A stretch of 55,916 nucleotides of DNA, the filler included, from Sphacelaria rigidula (lineage: Eukaryota): the NCBI GenBank assembly GCA_964200075.2. It is 5 parts of 5 records of this genome, joined end to end, with 100 filler letters (N's around TTAATTAATTAA, not from the genome) between each part and the next. Parts side by side here need not be neighbours in the genome. Positions count along the whole stretch, not along the records: positions 33,614 to 44,715 come from CAXNAA020005383.1; positions 44,816 to 55,916 come from CAXNAA020005384.1; 3 more parts are not named here. One strand, 5' to 3'. Numbering within the stretch: the first letter of the stretch is position 1; each line of letters begins with the position of its first letter. The notes beneath the pieces were generated by a model. It did not search any database. It saw nothing but the letters and a program-made list of their open reading frames with translations, and was not told where the DNA came from. A program made the position numbers and the translations under genes. Shown here piece after piece: positions 36,528 through 49,493 of this stretch.

Positions 36528-36691
36528 TTACGAGTCGACCGTCGTAAATACATGCCGAGCACGTTCTACATAGGTAGCACCCGGTTGTAGGTAGACCGAG
36601 TCTCGCCATGCCTCTTTGTTCATGGCGTCTGGAAAATGTTGGGTTTCCAGGCAGACGGCGTAGTGTTGCAAATGCGGCCTGTCCGCAGGGT
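36528..36691 (-). CDS. galM: Aldose 1-epimerase (galactose mutarotase), last exon
   Basis: Acceptor TGTCAG|, phase 1: (D)PADRPHLQHYAVCLETQHFPDAMNKEAWRDSVYLQPGATYVERARHVFTTVDS*. CLETQHFPD contains the catalytic Glu motif of the family. Confidence 0.92.
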
Positions 36692-37901
36692 CTGACAAGG
36701 TCCAAAAACGCAACATCGGTGGCCGGAGGGGAGACGGGAGGGTGAAGGGGGGTTGGTGTAGTCGGGAGACGAACGACACGGCGTGTGCATTGCATTGAGG
36801 GAAACGAAGTAGGATGGAGCTTATTCCCGTCAAGAGACAACAATCCCTCAGCAGATCGTTCCTCTAAAGGTGCAAGGAGTAGATACCGCATATAACGCAT
36901 CCACTTGACGCCGGGATCGAGGCAAATGAAACGCCATGGCCAAACTCTCCCGGCAATCTCTATAAACAAACCTGCCATGCATAGAAGCTGTCCGTACTGG
37001 GTGTGATGTGAAATGGTTCATCACGTGATAGGCTCGAACTTGAGCGAAATCTCCAATACGGACGCGTGAGCAGCGAAGCACTGCTGCGGCTGCTGATGAT
37101 GGCGCAGGTACGGCATACCCAGAAGCATACTTCTAAAATGGTACGTAGCTCGTGGTGGGTTGGGCTGTTGCCTCTAGATACAACGATTATATTTCAGCTC
37201 TTGACTCGGAGTTGTACCCCATTATCACGCTCAACTGCGTTTGGTACACCGCCATATAGAAGCCTGTTCAGGCGCAATACACGAACCTTGAAACTGTAGA
37301 TTCCTGCAAAAGCGCGATACACGGCTCGAATCTGTCATAAAGACCGGTCGCAGCGGGGTATATCAAAATCTAACACAGAGAGAACCAGTACGAGCCGCAG
37401 AAAAACATTGAGAAACAATAATCGCACACGTGCCACTACCGACAAGTGCGCCGCGTGCTCTGCGCGGTCTCACTTGCATGATTTTACACCATGTTGGCCC
37501 AACCGAATACAGCCTCTGGTTAAGCAGTTAAAGGACGGTTTGATCGGTGCAATAATCGAAAAGATCGAAATTGGTGCTCAGTCGTCCCAAAGGTCCAAGG
37601 AGAATGGCATCTCGGATACTTGTGAGCTATTTCCAAGTTCTTCATTATTTCACTTTCAACATCATTCCACAAATGTGATCCCGAAAATATATCAAAGTCG
37701 GCGTGACTACCAAATTGTTCGAACCATGGTGATGTAGGCCTTGAAATGGTCGATTTGCGCAGTCCCCCCAAATTCGTCAGATCTCATTTTTTCAACTTCG
37801 AAGTGGCAACCAGCCGAAGGCATGCTTCGTTCTGTTCCGCTGGGGCCCTCCTGAACTTCGAGTGACAACCTGGCGGAGACAGTCTCGGTCTGTTCTGCGG
37901 A

Positions 37902-38184
37902 GTCCGGTCGTATCAGCGCTGCAGATGCCGTACAGTCGGCAGAAGGCAGGTTCAATTCCCGGCCTATGCACATGTTGTTGTCTGATAAATGTCTGGTTTC
38001 TGAGGTTGAAAACGTAAGCATGTAGGTAGGAAAGGAAGGGTGTTTGACGGAAGTCGGCGCAGTGCAGGAGTGTTGATCGCATCCACGATACCAAAATGTG
38101 GGGCACTGCGTCTCTGCAGAGGTAGATTGCTTCCTTGAGACCAAGGACTCGTCCGAAGGAAGGGGAGGGGTCCTAAGTGCGACA
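37902..38184 (+). mobile_element. tRNA-derived SINE copy inside the galM last intron
   Basis: B-box-like GGTTCAATTCC at ~37949. The body ends GGACTCGTCCGAAGGAAGGGGAGGGG..GCGACA as in 19151-19448. Confidence 0.75.
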
Positions 38185-39616
38185 CCATTGAAGAAAACGA
38201 AATAGGTTCCGCGTACACTATTGAATGTCGGAGTGGGCATTTGCTTGCTGCAATGCAAAACATTGAGCACACCGAACGGAGAGCCGACGGCAAGCAACGG
38301 CATCAAGCAATCAACGACCAGTCACCTTTCGGATATGACGGAAAATGTGCAAATTTCGAAAAAAACAAGAAAATATATTGTCCGAGCGCGCCTGATAGCG
38401 CATCAGAACCAACGCTTTGGGCCATGAAATAGCTGTCATGATACACGGTCGAAAACTGTCTCGAGCTCCAAGAAGCATCTTCATGTTACCTGTCCGTTTT
38501 GGAGTACTGTGGTGGTGTAATTCCTTCCGCCTTCTTCAATTGTGAAGTAGACCTGTGTGTCACCGGGCCCGGAAGACGAATCACCTCCCGCATACCATGC
38601 ATTTGGCCATGTAACTCTTTCGTGCGAGTTATACGCTCAGAACCCAACTCTGCTGGTCATTGGTGACGGATCGACGTTGAAGGTGGCGAATACATGAGCT
38701 CTCGGTGAACATCAGCGGTGCTCCAACCATCACCCCCGACAGGAATCACCCGAGAGTGGTATGGTTTGGGCCAGTGTTCGTACCATGTTGATATCCGCAG
38801 TGCTGTCGGTACCCTACCCATGCCTACAGTGCTGTGCCAGGGTACGCTTCCTATAAACCCGCCCCTGGATCCAAGCCCCGCGTCAAGTGTTGGAGTATGG
38901 AGCCGGGGGTATACAGCGTCACCTACGTTGGTAGTCTTGCCATGCCACCGAGATTATTATTCTCCCTTCCTCGGACGCAGCACACACACAGCTACGAGTG
39001 CACAACACTTCCGATGAGAAAAAAAATCATTGCATTCCCTTTTCTGCAGAGACAGTTGAGGTTGTCACTACATCACCAGGGGGTGATATCCTCAGCGATG
39101 GACGGAATTGAGGTTTTCCCCCCCGGACTTTGAGAAGACAAACGTCTTCAACCAACCGTAGAGCGGCCTTGCCGCGTGTCTTTGTTGTTGCTACATCTGC
39201 TTCACTATTGCGGAGTTTGTGCACCATTCGGTCGTTGAAGACATGCTGGAGAAATGTACGTCAAGCCAAAGCGCTACCATCTTGCACCTCTCCCTGAATA
39301 GACAGTGATGCTTGATATCGCTACTATCGAACAAAACAGAGTAGTACAGCAAGAAAGAAGCCCATGCCACCACACATGGTGCGCGAATCTCGGTGATGGA
39401 AGGTCAAAAGTTGCCCACATTAAACGAGAAAAACGCCACCCCCGGCGATCAATATTCAGCCTTGGCGTTCTCGCGGAGGCAACAACGCTTTCGTACTGAC
39501 GCCAAAACGGACTTTGCATTTCGGCAGTGCAGCGAAATTCCTCGACTGTCGAGAAGAAAAGCACACGAAGTATGTTCACCTGCAGCTCATATATGGATTT
39601 AACCTAGGTGACTCAC

Positions 39617-39743
39617 CAGTAGACAAGTAGTTGGACGTGTACACCTGGAGCGCGGGTTGCGAGCCGAACACCTCCATCGCTCGCCCGCTACGTGGATCTC
39701 TCAGGCGTCCCATGAAGGGTAGATCGCCCGTACTTGATGAGAC
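39617..39743 (-). CDS. galM: Aldose 1-epimerase, penultimate exon
   Basis: TAG| VSSSTGDLPFMGRLRDPRSGRAMEVFGSQPALQVYTSNYLST G|GTGAGT. It matches the family motif DPxSGRxMEVxxxQPxxQxYTxNxL and splices in phase to 36691 across a 2925-bp intron. Upstream exons not found in this contig. Confidence 0.92.
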
Positions 39744-40299
39744 CTAGTTTACCGTGGTGATGGTGGTCATCGTCATCGTTGTTTCCACGGGGGACGGCAT
39801 GTGTGTGCAAGGGACGGGAACAAATGGTGGTTTTTGGTGAGAAGCTTTTTTTACTGCAGATCATGAAAAAGTACACGGGACAAACACCAAACAAGACAAC
39901 GTCTGAAAATGTCGGAAGATGCGTTTAGACCGAGCTGTGTCCGCCGGGGACAACGGACACGCCATCAAAAATACGTCTGGACATGCCAACCACTCCGCGC
40001 CACAATCGTGCGAAGACTGAAAAACTCCTACTGTCAACCAGCCCCTCGGCATATGGTGGATACAACCGGTAACACACTCCTCGCTGCCCCATGGTGATGA
40101 TCTCAGACGATGCCTTACACCTGACAGTATTGGCCCCTTATTTGAACCATCAGCAACGACGGACGCACTGTGGCCATAGCTTTAGCAGCAGCCAGCAACG
40201 TGCGTGTGAAATTCGACTCGGTGGAGGTCGACGTGTACAGAGCCCGCTAATCCCCGTGCAGGGCAGGCTGGAGAGAGAGTGGAGACGGGGAGTAGCCTA

Positions 40300-43200
40300 T
40301 GAGCGGCGCATCAGGCACGAGGAGAAGAGATCTGTGGGGATGAGAAAAAACAGAAGGAGAGAAAGGCCGGCTCGGCGAGCAGCCAAAGCACATGCCCACA
40401 AATATTGCTCTGCTCTGAGGACGGTGGCACGATTCAAGAACTAGGGTTTTTTCCACCTGGAACGTACGCAGCATGGCTGGGAGACGTACCAACGGTGCAG
40501 GCCACGCGCAGGCTCTTTTGCTTTGGCTCCAAGTACAAATGTGATTTTGACGCCGTACAAGAGACCTGTCGCGACCAAAGAACAGTCTTTTAAGCGCCAA
40601 CCGCCGGGTATGTCATCCACTCCAGCGGTCACTGCAATTGAGACTTGGAAGAGCAAAGAACGCTCGGAATCGGCCTTCGCCACAAAGGAGTCTATCTCCT
40701 GCGAGGTACGCCCGGGAAACATCGTCCCCGGGCACATCCGTGCCAGGATGCTGAAGGTGAGAATAGCTTTCAGACAAGGAGTTGCCACGACACTCATTGT
40801 AGGATAGGCTCCTACTAAAAGAGCAGCCATCCCTAGCCACCCCTGACAATACCAAGTTCTGGAAGACTCTCAGTAGTAGTCCCGTCGCTGAAGCTCCCGC
40901 CAAAAAACACCTGATACTCCTGATGGATACAAACGCTCGCAACGGAAAAAAAGGAAAAGGAGGAGGCCTGGGGGACGATTGGGCTGTGGGAGAATATGCC
41001 AGATACACCTTCGATGACAACGGCATGCAGCTGCTGCGCTGCACAGCATAGGATTAGTATCACCGGCACAGGTGTCAGCGTTCCAACCAGTGGGGAGAGC
41101 GAAGGTGCACACTCACGAGGGGTCGGCGGGCGACGTCTGGACTGCATCCTGCTATGTCTACAAGACATGAGACTGGTTTGAAACATCACCGTGCGCCTCG
41201 AGATGAAATCACATAATCGATTGGTAGCAGCCTCGATCCGTCTCTTTCGACGGCGCGCACCGACTCGTCGGCCGAACCGAGAGAGGGGGATTGCGGAGTG
41301 TGTTTCAACCAGATACTCTTTACGTCCGACCGGCGTTGCAGAACGATGTTATCGCAGGTCGCTGTCCCCGAGATCCCGAATGCCACCAACTATACAGCAG
41401 TCCTGCATGTCTACGACATGGCTTCTAGCTTCGCGAACACCATGCGTCAGACGATCGCGGATACACTCCCTGGCTGCCCGAAGAACCCTCCCCTTTGAAG
41501 TTTCATAGAATCACCACAGGGTTAAGCACGTCTGCGACAGGCGTACACGATCAGAGAGCGTATACCGGATAACCTACGCGCCAGCCTCCACGACCCTGGC
41601 CTGAGAAAGGCGCTGAGGGTGAGAGAAAAGGCACTCACGCTGGTGAAGCACGTTGAAGTGCAGAGACCCGACTTCTCCGCCAGGACACCGGAGTCGATCC
41701 GCAAGAAGAATCAGGCAACACTATACCAGCACATCGAGTCCTTGGAACTGGAGGGGAAGAGAGGATGTATAGGAGAACCTACATCAGGGGTCATGACTTC
41801 TTGCACCACCGTCATGGTTGCCATATTGGGAAATCATCACGATGCGGCCTTGTCTGCTGTTCGAAAGTGCTGCTTCCTGGTGTACTGTACTACCGTACGA
41901 CCGACTGTTTGTACAGTATCGCTGTAGTTCACCGTACCGCAATGTACTGGGCACATTCGACGAGCTGCTGCCGAACAAGCATGTTATCCTGAAGGAATGG
42001 AGATGGTGGTATGAGAAGACACTTTTCAACGCAACGTCGTCTACGCTCGACCCCTCTGTCATCGTTTGCATCGAATAAATGTCGGAGCACGCGCCGCTTG
42101 CGGCCGAGCCCTCGATGGATGTAAGGAGTGAAGGAGGTAGTGGGCGAGCTGGCGAAGGGCGAGGTCATTGGGGCCGACAACCTGTGTGATGAACCATTGA
42201 AGCTCGGCCTCACCGTGGACCCTGCCGTTCTGATTCATCCACAGCATTGTGCTCACAGTGTGACGTCATGCAGAAGTGCCACAGGAATGGGGAAAAGCTA
42301 TCATCAAGGTGCTGTTCAAGAAAACAGGCCCGCACGAGTGCGGCAAGTATCGAGACATTGTGCTAGAGGCCCGCGCGGGCAAGGAGGTTCTCGAGGTAGC
42401 TGCGATTCGCCTCAGCACCTGCTACGAGTCGAAGGAAATCTTACCAGAAGTTAGTGCGGTTTCCGACCCGGTCGGTTCACAGTCGACGTGATCTACGTTG
42501 TGCACAAACTCTACGAGCTGAGCAGCGAGAATAATTTAACGCTGTACATGTTCTTCATCGACCTCCAGAAGGCGTGCGACCTAGTCGATCGTTCTCTTCT
42601 CTGGAAGGTGCCACCACAATGTAGCGTCCCCGCCAAAATCGTGGCCATCATCTGCCAGTTCCACGACGGCATGCGAGCGTGTGTGCGCCTTGAAAGCATT
42701 GAGACATCCGCGTCGTTTGACGTGGACCAGGACTTCCGCCGCGGCTGTGTGATCACCCCGATTTGTTCAACATCTTCGTGACGGTAGTCAACGATCAATA
42801 AGGCCGTGGTGGATGACTTCGTTCGCATCGTTGGGAGGGGTGGGATGACCAGGGACGGGCATAGCCAGGTTCTTTGGGTCATGCTGAACGCCGACGACAC
42901 TGGCATCGCTGGGCGATCTCAACTAAGCCCGTCAAAGATCACGACGGCCATCGTCGAGGTCTGTGCGGCGTTCGGTCTCGCTGTGGTGGAAAAGAATAGG
43001 TCAACCATAAGAACGCGCTCCCCGAGCAAAAAGGCAGATGCGGTTGAGGTGCAGGCAGCAGGCCAAAGGTGAGTTCAAGTAGAGACTCTCTTCCATCTCG
43101 CTAGCGCCGTCAAGAGCATCGGCGATGTCACTCGTGAGGTAAATCGCCGCACTGGCCATGCCTAGAGGTCCTTCGTCAAACACAGAAAAATGGTCAACGA

Positions 43201-44215
43201 CAACCCATATATCACTATGGCCGAGAAGGCTCGTTTCCTGAACGTGTGACCTCGACCCTTTCACCCTATGATCTCGACACGTTGTGGAAAGCATACCACG
43301 GGCTTTTGATGAGGTGCCTCAACGAGCACACCTCAACTTGCAGCGCTCCCGACCACCACATGCTATCATACCACGAGGTCCTCGAAAGGACTGGCCGCGA
43401 TTGCATCGCAGCTACCGTGACGAAGCGAATCCTACTTTCCGCAGGCCCTGCCGCGCGCATGCACGACGGACGCCTTCCCAAATCGCCATACGCGGAGAAG
43501 TGTTGGGAGGGAAGAGGGAGGCTGCCCAACCCGTGAAACGCCTACAACACCTGGTCACCGAAGACTGCTACGCCTTTGGAATAGACTCGACAACATGGAC
43601 GCAGACCGCCTAAATGTTCCCGAGTAGTACCGGGTCGTAGAAGAAAGGGCTAAGGAGTACATGACAAACTGGACGATCACGCACGTGAAAGAAACCGACG
43701 CGAGCCATGCCAAGGATCGTTTCCTCTTGTTACCACTAGAGTCTCCTCTGGGTCTATTGAAGGTCGCCGAAACGTAACGAGAAGCCCTCCATGAAGCATG
43801 CTTGCAAGTGCATCTGCTGCCTTCCTGTGAGTTTCTTGTTTTCCTCCGTGGTTACTTGAGGATGTTGTTTCGATACTCGCTTGGTCTCCGTATATTCTCC
43901 TGGGGTGAACTTCGTGTAATTTCGCGTATTCATACGTTTCTCAGGCTATTTTACTCTAGCGGCAGATCTCATTTGTTCATCTTCCCGTACCTCTGACCAG
44001 CTCAGGGGGGAGTTCTTCTCTTCTGATTCATTGACGTCTCTCTACCTCTTTGTTTAGTATTGTCGGGGTCGGGGGTCTCAGAAGACGTCGCAAAAGAAGC
44101 GCTCCTATCTCATGTGAGGAATTGTCGTGATGGTACTGGAAGGGCGAGCCTACGTCAATGACCACGGGTTCGATAAATCGGATTAATGTCCGGTGATGAA
44201 AACAATCATGATAAA
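40300..44215 (+). mobile_element. Decayed, near full-length RTE-clade LINE (AP endonuclease + reverse transcriptase)
   Basis: APE motifs TWNVRS, AVQET, LIVG*APT, LLMDTNAR, RLDCIL. RT motifs IIKVLFKK, CGKYRDI, CGFRP, LYMFFIDLQKACDLVDR, FHDGMRACVR, RRGCVITP, MLNADD. Many stops and frameshifts, plus a ~170-bp insertion at ~41790-41958. The 3' end matches 6120-6260. Confidence 0.93.
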
Positions 44216-44715
44216 TATTTTATATCAAAATTTGGTTACGGACCAGAGGATCACGAGAACGAGCATACTATGGTTCAGCACTGGCTCAGGCGCCCTCTTC
44301 AGGGTCACCTAGTCTTTGCTTTTGAGAGCCTAATATTTGTCAAATACCTTGCGTGATATAGATCCACGAAGAACAACCGGCGGGTGGCAGCTTGATGAGC
44401 GGGATGGGTGCTGTGGTCCCCAAATACAATGTTACATGTCGGAATTATGGTACGGAGTAATGTACGCAAGTGAAGACCCAATGCACTCTGCGATCTGCAC
44501 TCGTCAAACAGCTTTCGTATTTTTGATGTCCACTGTTTCCGTTTTTGCGGAACCCTTCAACTGGAACGAAACCCTACCATGTTGGCAACGAATACAGCAA
44601 GCCCCCGCCCTGTTTTTCGTAGATGAACGGAGGGGGGGGGGGGGGGGGGGGGGGGGAAGGGTGGGGGGGGAGGGAGGGGAGACAGGGGGCGCGCGGCCCT
44701 TGCGGAAAAAAGAAA

Positions 44716-44815
44716 NNNNNNNNNNNNNNNNNNNNNNNNNNNNNNNNNNNNNNNNNNNNTTAATTAATTAANNNNNNNNNNNNNNNNNNNNNNNNNNNNN
44801 NNNNNNNNNNNNNNN
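44716..44815. other. Artificial contig spacer
   Basis: 44N-TTAATTAATTAA-44N. Confidence 0.98.
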
Positions 44816-45899
44816 TGAACCTCATCTCGAAGTTAAACCTCAATTCGCACAATTTGTTGTTAAAGTTCAGTTGGGCACGTTGTCCTCCCGTGTAGTTATC
44901 GTTTCGGAACTCAGGGAAGAGACGTGGGTTGCTCTGCTGGTCGCGGTTTGCTGTACTCATCGTAGGGTTACCTTGTGCGCCTGCACCCAAATGCGTACCC
45001 CTTTTTCTTCCGTAATCTATAATAGCATCGTGTTTTGCGGCCTCAATAAGCTCTGCCTGTTTTCCTTCCATCTCTGCTTGTTTTTCTTCCATGAACCCCA
45101 GTTTTTCGGCCTGTTGTACCTTCACAAGCCAAAGCTTCTCCGTCAACTCTTCCGTACTGAATTCCTTTCTGTTAGTCATTGATCGACTCCAATTATCTAT
45201 TACTGTTGCTTGTTATTATCTCACACTGTATCAACCTCTCACTTCTTGACTCCCTCTCATTGGCTCAAGCGCTTCAAATGCTGCTGTATGTTGCTCAAAC
45301 TGTAACAAACGCTAACTGCATGACTCTCACGTTGGCTCAAGCGCTTCGAACGCTGCTGTATATTGCTCAAACTGGAACAAACGCGAACTGTGTGCCTTCC
45401 TCTCGTTGGCTCAAGCGCTTCGATTGCTGCTGTATTTTGCCTCAAGTTGGCTCAAGCGCTATGAATGCTGCTGTATGTTGCTCAAACTCGCTCATTACTC
45501 CCCTGCTATACCCGGCTGCAATCGACCCGTTCCAAATCCGCTAGCGTAATTGATCAAAAGGAACGTCTCTTCGAGGACACGCTCTGGACAGGGGAATGTG
45601 TAGTACCTTCTTCTTGTATTAAACTCTCATAGCCTTCACTCACCAAACATCAACCGTGCAAGTTCCACCCGAACTGCTCTCTCTCACCCATAGTGCAATG
45701 TCAAAATGCACCAAAACATGAAACATGGTGAACCGTGAAGGGAAGACCGCATCCTAGGTTCCCTTATATGTCATACATCCAGTCATCACACAGTCCGTCA
45801 CTGCAGACGATATCCGGTAATCATGATATGCCGTCAATCTGTCCCGAATGTACCATAATTAACGCACGTACACATGCACTAATGTTCAGGTCGGCAACA
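44816..45899 (-). mobile_element. Probable 5' part of an LTR retroelement: LTR-like block, repeat-containing leader, open gag-like ORF
   Basis: 45899-45551 runs TGTTG..TGATCA with a CATATAAGG TATA-like box. Tandem repeats lie at 45260-45488. An intronless ORF from ATG 45179 (coiled-coil-like EEKQAEMEGKQAELIEA) stays open to the contig end. No PBS or second LTR confirmed. Confidence 0.45.
45260..45488. repeat. Tandem array with a ~41-bp core (4 copies; periods 72, 74, 41)
   Basis: Core TTGGCTCAAGCGCTTCGAATGCTGCTGTATGTTGCTCAAAC at 45260, 45332, 45406 and 45447. Confidence 0.9.
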
Positions 45900-45915
45900 T
45901 TTAGTTAGGGTTTGC

Positions 45916-46560
45916 ATGGATGAAAGACCCGTGGTGGAGGGACATCATTACAACAAAGAGTTTGAAGCTTGGCGGATTCAAAATGGCTGTGAAGCAATAC
46001 CTAGCGTGGTTCCTGAAAATATGAGATTACCGGAACATAACCATCGTGGCTGTGCGATGACGATGTTAGGAGAAAAGACGCAGCTTTGTCGTCACGGTGT
46101 TCAACGGTGTCACGCACGTCTCATAAAAGCGATACATCGTCGAGGACTCCGGCTTCTCCGACTAGTGGACACCGTGAACACTGCGCCGAGAACTGTGGGC
46201 AGGCGGGAGTATCTTGTGCAGCAGCACCCACAGTGATACAGCGGTTGAGAACGGACGACCACCGGCAGCGAACACTATATACCACACTCAACAAAGAAAT
46301 AGAGAAATAATAATGTCCATTCTTACCAAAACGACGCGCGGAGGAGCGGCATGCCGAGTGATGAAGGAACCCGCGTAGTAACGAACGACAAGCTGCACGA
46401 TCCGGAAGTTGCTAGCGCAGTGCAAGATAAGGTCCCCAACAGCACTGCCACCGGCGCGAAAATCAACATCTAAGACGACCCCGTCGCAGATCTGGCGATT
46501 TTCGTGTGCAATCCGCCGTGTTCGCTGGAAGGCTTGGTACACGTTCTTCAGGCCAGCAAG
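45916..46560 (+). pseudogene. Decayed coding-like sequence, possibly a retrotransposon gag remnant
   Basis: Protein-like stretches (KEFEAWRIQNGCEAI..; TNDKLHDPEVASAVQDKVP..) broken by stops and frameshifts. The family assignment is an impression only. Confidence 0.3.
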
Positions 46561-46575
46561 GTGCGGCTCTTCAAC

Positions 46576-46637
46576 CGCAGTGTTGTTATTGAACCAAGTA
46601 GACCAACGCAGTGTTGTTATTGAACCAAGTAGACCAA
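46576..46637. repeat. Perfect 31-bp tandem duplication
   Basis: CGCAGTGTTGTTATTGAACCAAGTAGACCAA x2. Confidence 0.92.
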
Positions 46638-47153
46638 TGTGTCGTTTATGTCGACCGAGTTGAAAACAAAATTATTTCACCTGAACGACCTTCAAGAAAT
46701 GGCATTACTATTTCGGTAGGTAAAACACTACAGGCTTCGCAAAGGTGACAGAGCAACCCACCACAACCCCTACAGCGCTCTTGATGAGGCTTCTACAGCT
46801 GAATCCAAGCCTCGGCAAGAGGAGGGCGAGAGATCTGGCCGTTGCGGCATGTCGTTCCTCAGCGAAGCACGCGAGCCAGCAGTTGGATTTTATCAGCCGC
46901 GTTTTCGACCCATGTGTTTAAGCCTTTCTGAAATCACCAGAAACGCAGGCGGCCTCCTCGCTTCTGCGTGTTATTCGTTTCCCCCGGTGCATTTACGTGT
47001 AGCTTGTGGATTGTTACCCTCGCTACGTTCGCGTGACATGTTGTTGATCTTTACATTGCTTACCTGCGAGTCGACGCTCACAACACGGAACTCCGCTTCC
47101 ACTCTAAACAGGAACGCTTTATACGGGGCCAGTGTCGATACGATCCGCTCTCA

Positions 47154-47397
47154 CAGCATCCTGCTAAGATTGTTGAACTCGAAGCATACTGGTTATCTCG
47201 CACATGGATGGAGGCCTCGAATGAGTTTCTTCATTCTCTGGTCTCACCACTTTCAGATACAGCCAAGGGTTATACATTACCTCATGGGTGTGTCACCATT
47301 TCAGCCCTGCGTAGCATGATCATCTCCTTTGCGCGGAGTTGAGGCTCTCCCACCCGGCACAAAATAATCTAACTCGACCGCAATGATGGTAAGCACC
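47154..47397 (+). repeat. Dispersed family A, partial copy
   Basis: Aligns with 16035-16275 (CAGCCA.GG.TTATACA..CCTCATGGGTGT.TCACCATTTCA..GCGGAGTTGAGG.TCTCCCAC). Confidence 0.85.
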
Positions 47398-49493
47398 AGC
47401 AATGACCTACTAGAGTACTTGGCTTCAGAGTACTCCTAGTACCCACCCTTGCATCTCTTGGCCCAGGTGCGCAAGCGTTTTGGGGGACAAGATTTGCATT
47501 TCGTTTTACTTTCATCCGTGTATAACCTTACCTCCTGTCTTCATCATCATCACTGTATCCTCATTTTTTCCTCGTTCGAATGGCGCTGGGAGTTTTTGCT
47601 CCTTACGTACGTCGAAACATGCCGTGCGATTAATACTTTACTTTCCCCTATATGACCTTATCGTTTCATAGGACAGGTAGGATTCCTTTATAGATACACT
47701 CCGGGTATCCTGCACCGTGCTGGTACCCTGAACCCAAGTGCTAGGCACAGTGCAGGGGTATTCCTTTTCGCAGTGCTCAGAGAAAAGGCATGTTATCGAA
47801 GTCCTACAGAAAAAGTGGCCATACTTCCTCGGCCCGATAAGCGAAGTCGGCTATGTATACACTGGCCCCTAGGCGTGTCCGATACGTCTCTGGTGATGAT
47901 GTTTTCGAAATTTTGGTTATGTTGTTATTTGAAAACATATCTTGCTGCTGTTGGCGTACTACCCTACATGAGCGAACGGTTGGGGGGAACAGCAGTCGAC
48001 CCGAAAACCACCGTATTTCGCTCCCGATTCCGCGGGGGAAACGACGGTAGAGGAATGACCGACTTTGCACGATAGCCGTGTGTAGCGCCGCGGCCTTTGT
48101 TGAAGTAAGAAGCGACGGCCGCCCACTCCGACGTTTATTTGAGAGGTCGAGATCCCTGGTATCTTCTATCGGAGCTTTGTCGTATTACATCATTTTGTCG
48201 AATAATCGGGGACCAACACCCTTGCGCTCGGTGGGCGGACCTAGGGTACCCTTCCGCGCCGTTGAGTTGCCTGGCAGAACCTCCAGCGCTATGTCCATCG
48301 CCACGGCGAAACGGCGGCATAATCATGCCTCGGCGCCCCTTTTACGACGTGGGGTGTGTGCACGGGGGACTTCATCATGGTTGTGATAGGCAGTGGGCGA
48401 TTAGACGTCGAACTCCTGGAAAAGGCGGACAACACGACACCGGATCTCGAAACCAATCCCCAAAATATTGCCAAAATATGAGAAATTTCACCCAAAGCAT
48501 TCTGAAAAACTGTGTTTGCTTCGGCTCAAGAATCCTGGTAATATGTGTTGTCCCGTTTCTACGTACGGCAGTGTCCCACTAGAAATACCACAAATTAAAA
48601 TACCTGCAACCAAAACAAATCGAACTCAATGCGGTATGCCCTCGGTGCATTTTTGTCCTCATCAACTCATCAACCACTACATACTATTAATTAGGCTAAC
48701 CCGAGAATCGACGCTGACGATTATGTTATTACTATCCCCTGCGGGGCTATCCACCTCTCCCCCTACTGTTACAATAGTGTTACTCCGCACAGCCACCTAT
48801 CCACTTTTTGCACCCTGGTTCCACCCTTTCTTGAGCAACGGGGCGGCGGGTGGGAAAGTCGATCGATCCTCTGCAAAGCGCGCAAGTTCTTGCCTACTTC
48901 TCCCTACTTGTGCTGCTTATACCAGTAGGCCGCTGCTAGATGAAGGCTACTCGTTGCTGGTGATAGTATCTGTACTCGTGTGTGCAGCAATCTAGCTGCG
49001 ATGGCCAACTTTTCTACTGGCAGCGGCACTGCAGCTGAGAGACAAGGACAGACAACGTACCGTTTTTCTTTACGTACGTCCCACATTGTCAGAATTCGTA
49101 CACGCCTCCGAAAACACCGCTTTCATACTGAACGCTGCATACTTCGATTTTTCCTTTACCGTGAGCATTTCCATAAGTTTAATTTCCGAATGAACCGTAG
49201 GCACCTTCGTTGGGGAGATATGATGTGTACCCCCATCCCATAACCGATTATTTATAGGACAGAGTATGTATACACGCCATCAGCGAAAGGGCATGAATGC
49301 TTTCAACAGACGAGGAAAGCTCACACGCCTCACGCTTCTCTTAATCAATAAAGGACCAAAGTTCCTGTAGGCTACCTCGAAGGCGAGGGACCCTCGAGCC
49401 AAACCGACATCTCTCAATCTGGCGTCTGTTCACCCGAGGACGTGATTGGACCATGATCCATCTGCGCCTCTTGATACCTAGAGCCCCAGTGGC

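Noticed and set aside
37520-38552. Exon-like segments (38552-38490; HLWNDVESEIMKNLE..YPR; the 199-aa ORF)
   Set aside because: They lie within the galM intron, partly read through a SINE, and give no consistent model or recognisable domain.
39274-39579. RGS-like words (VLFFSTVEEFR..RLNID) on the minus strand
   Set aside because: They start only ~37 bp after the galM donor, inside its intron, and the motif spacing is too short. Likely chance.
45260-45488. CRISPR-like look (41-bp repeats with ~32-bp spacers)
   Set aside because: The two spacers are homologous to each other, the third is absent, the repeats are degenerate, there are no cas genes and the context is eukaryotic.
45530-45550. tRNA primer-binding site after the LTR-like block
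   Set aside because: Reads ATTACGCTAGCGGATTTGG on the minus strand. It lacks the TGG start, so the resemblance is too weak to call.
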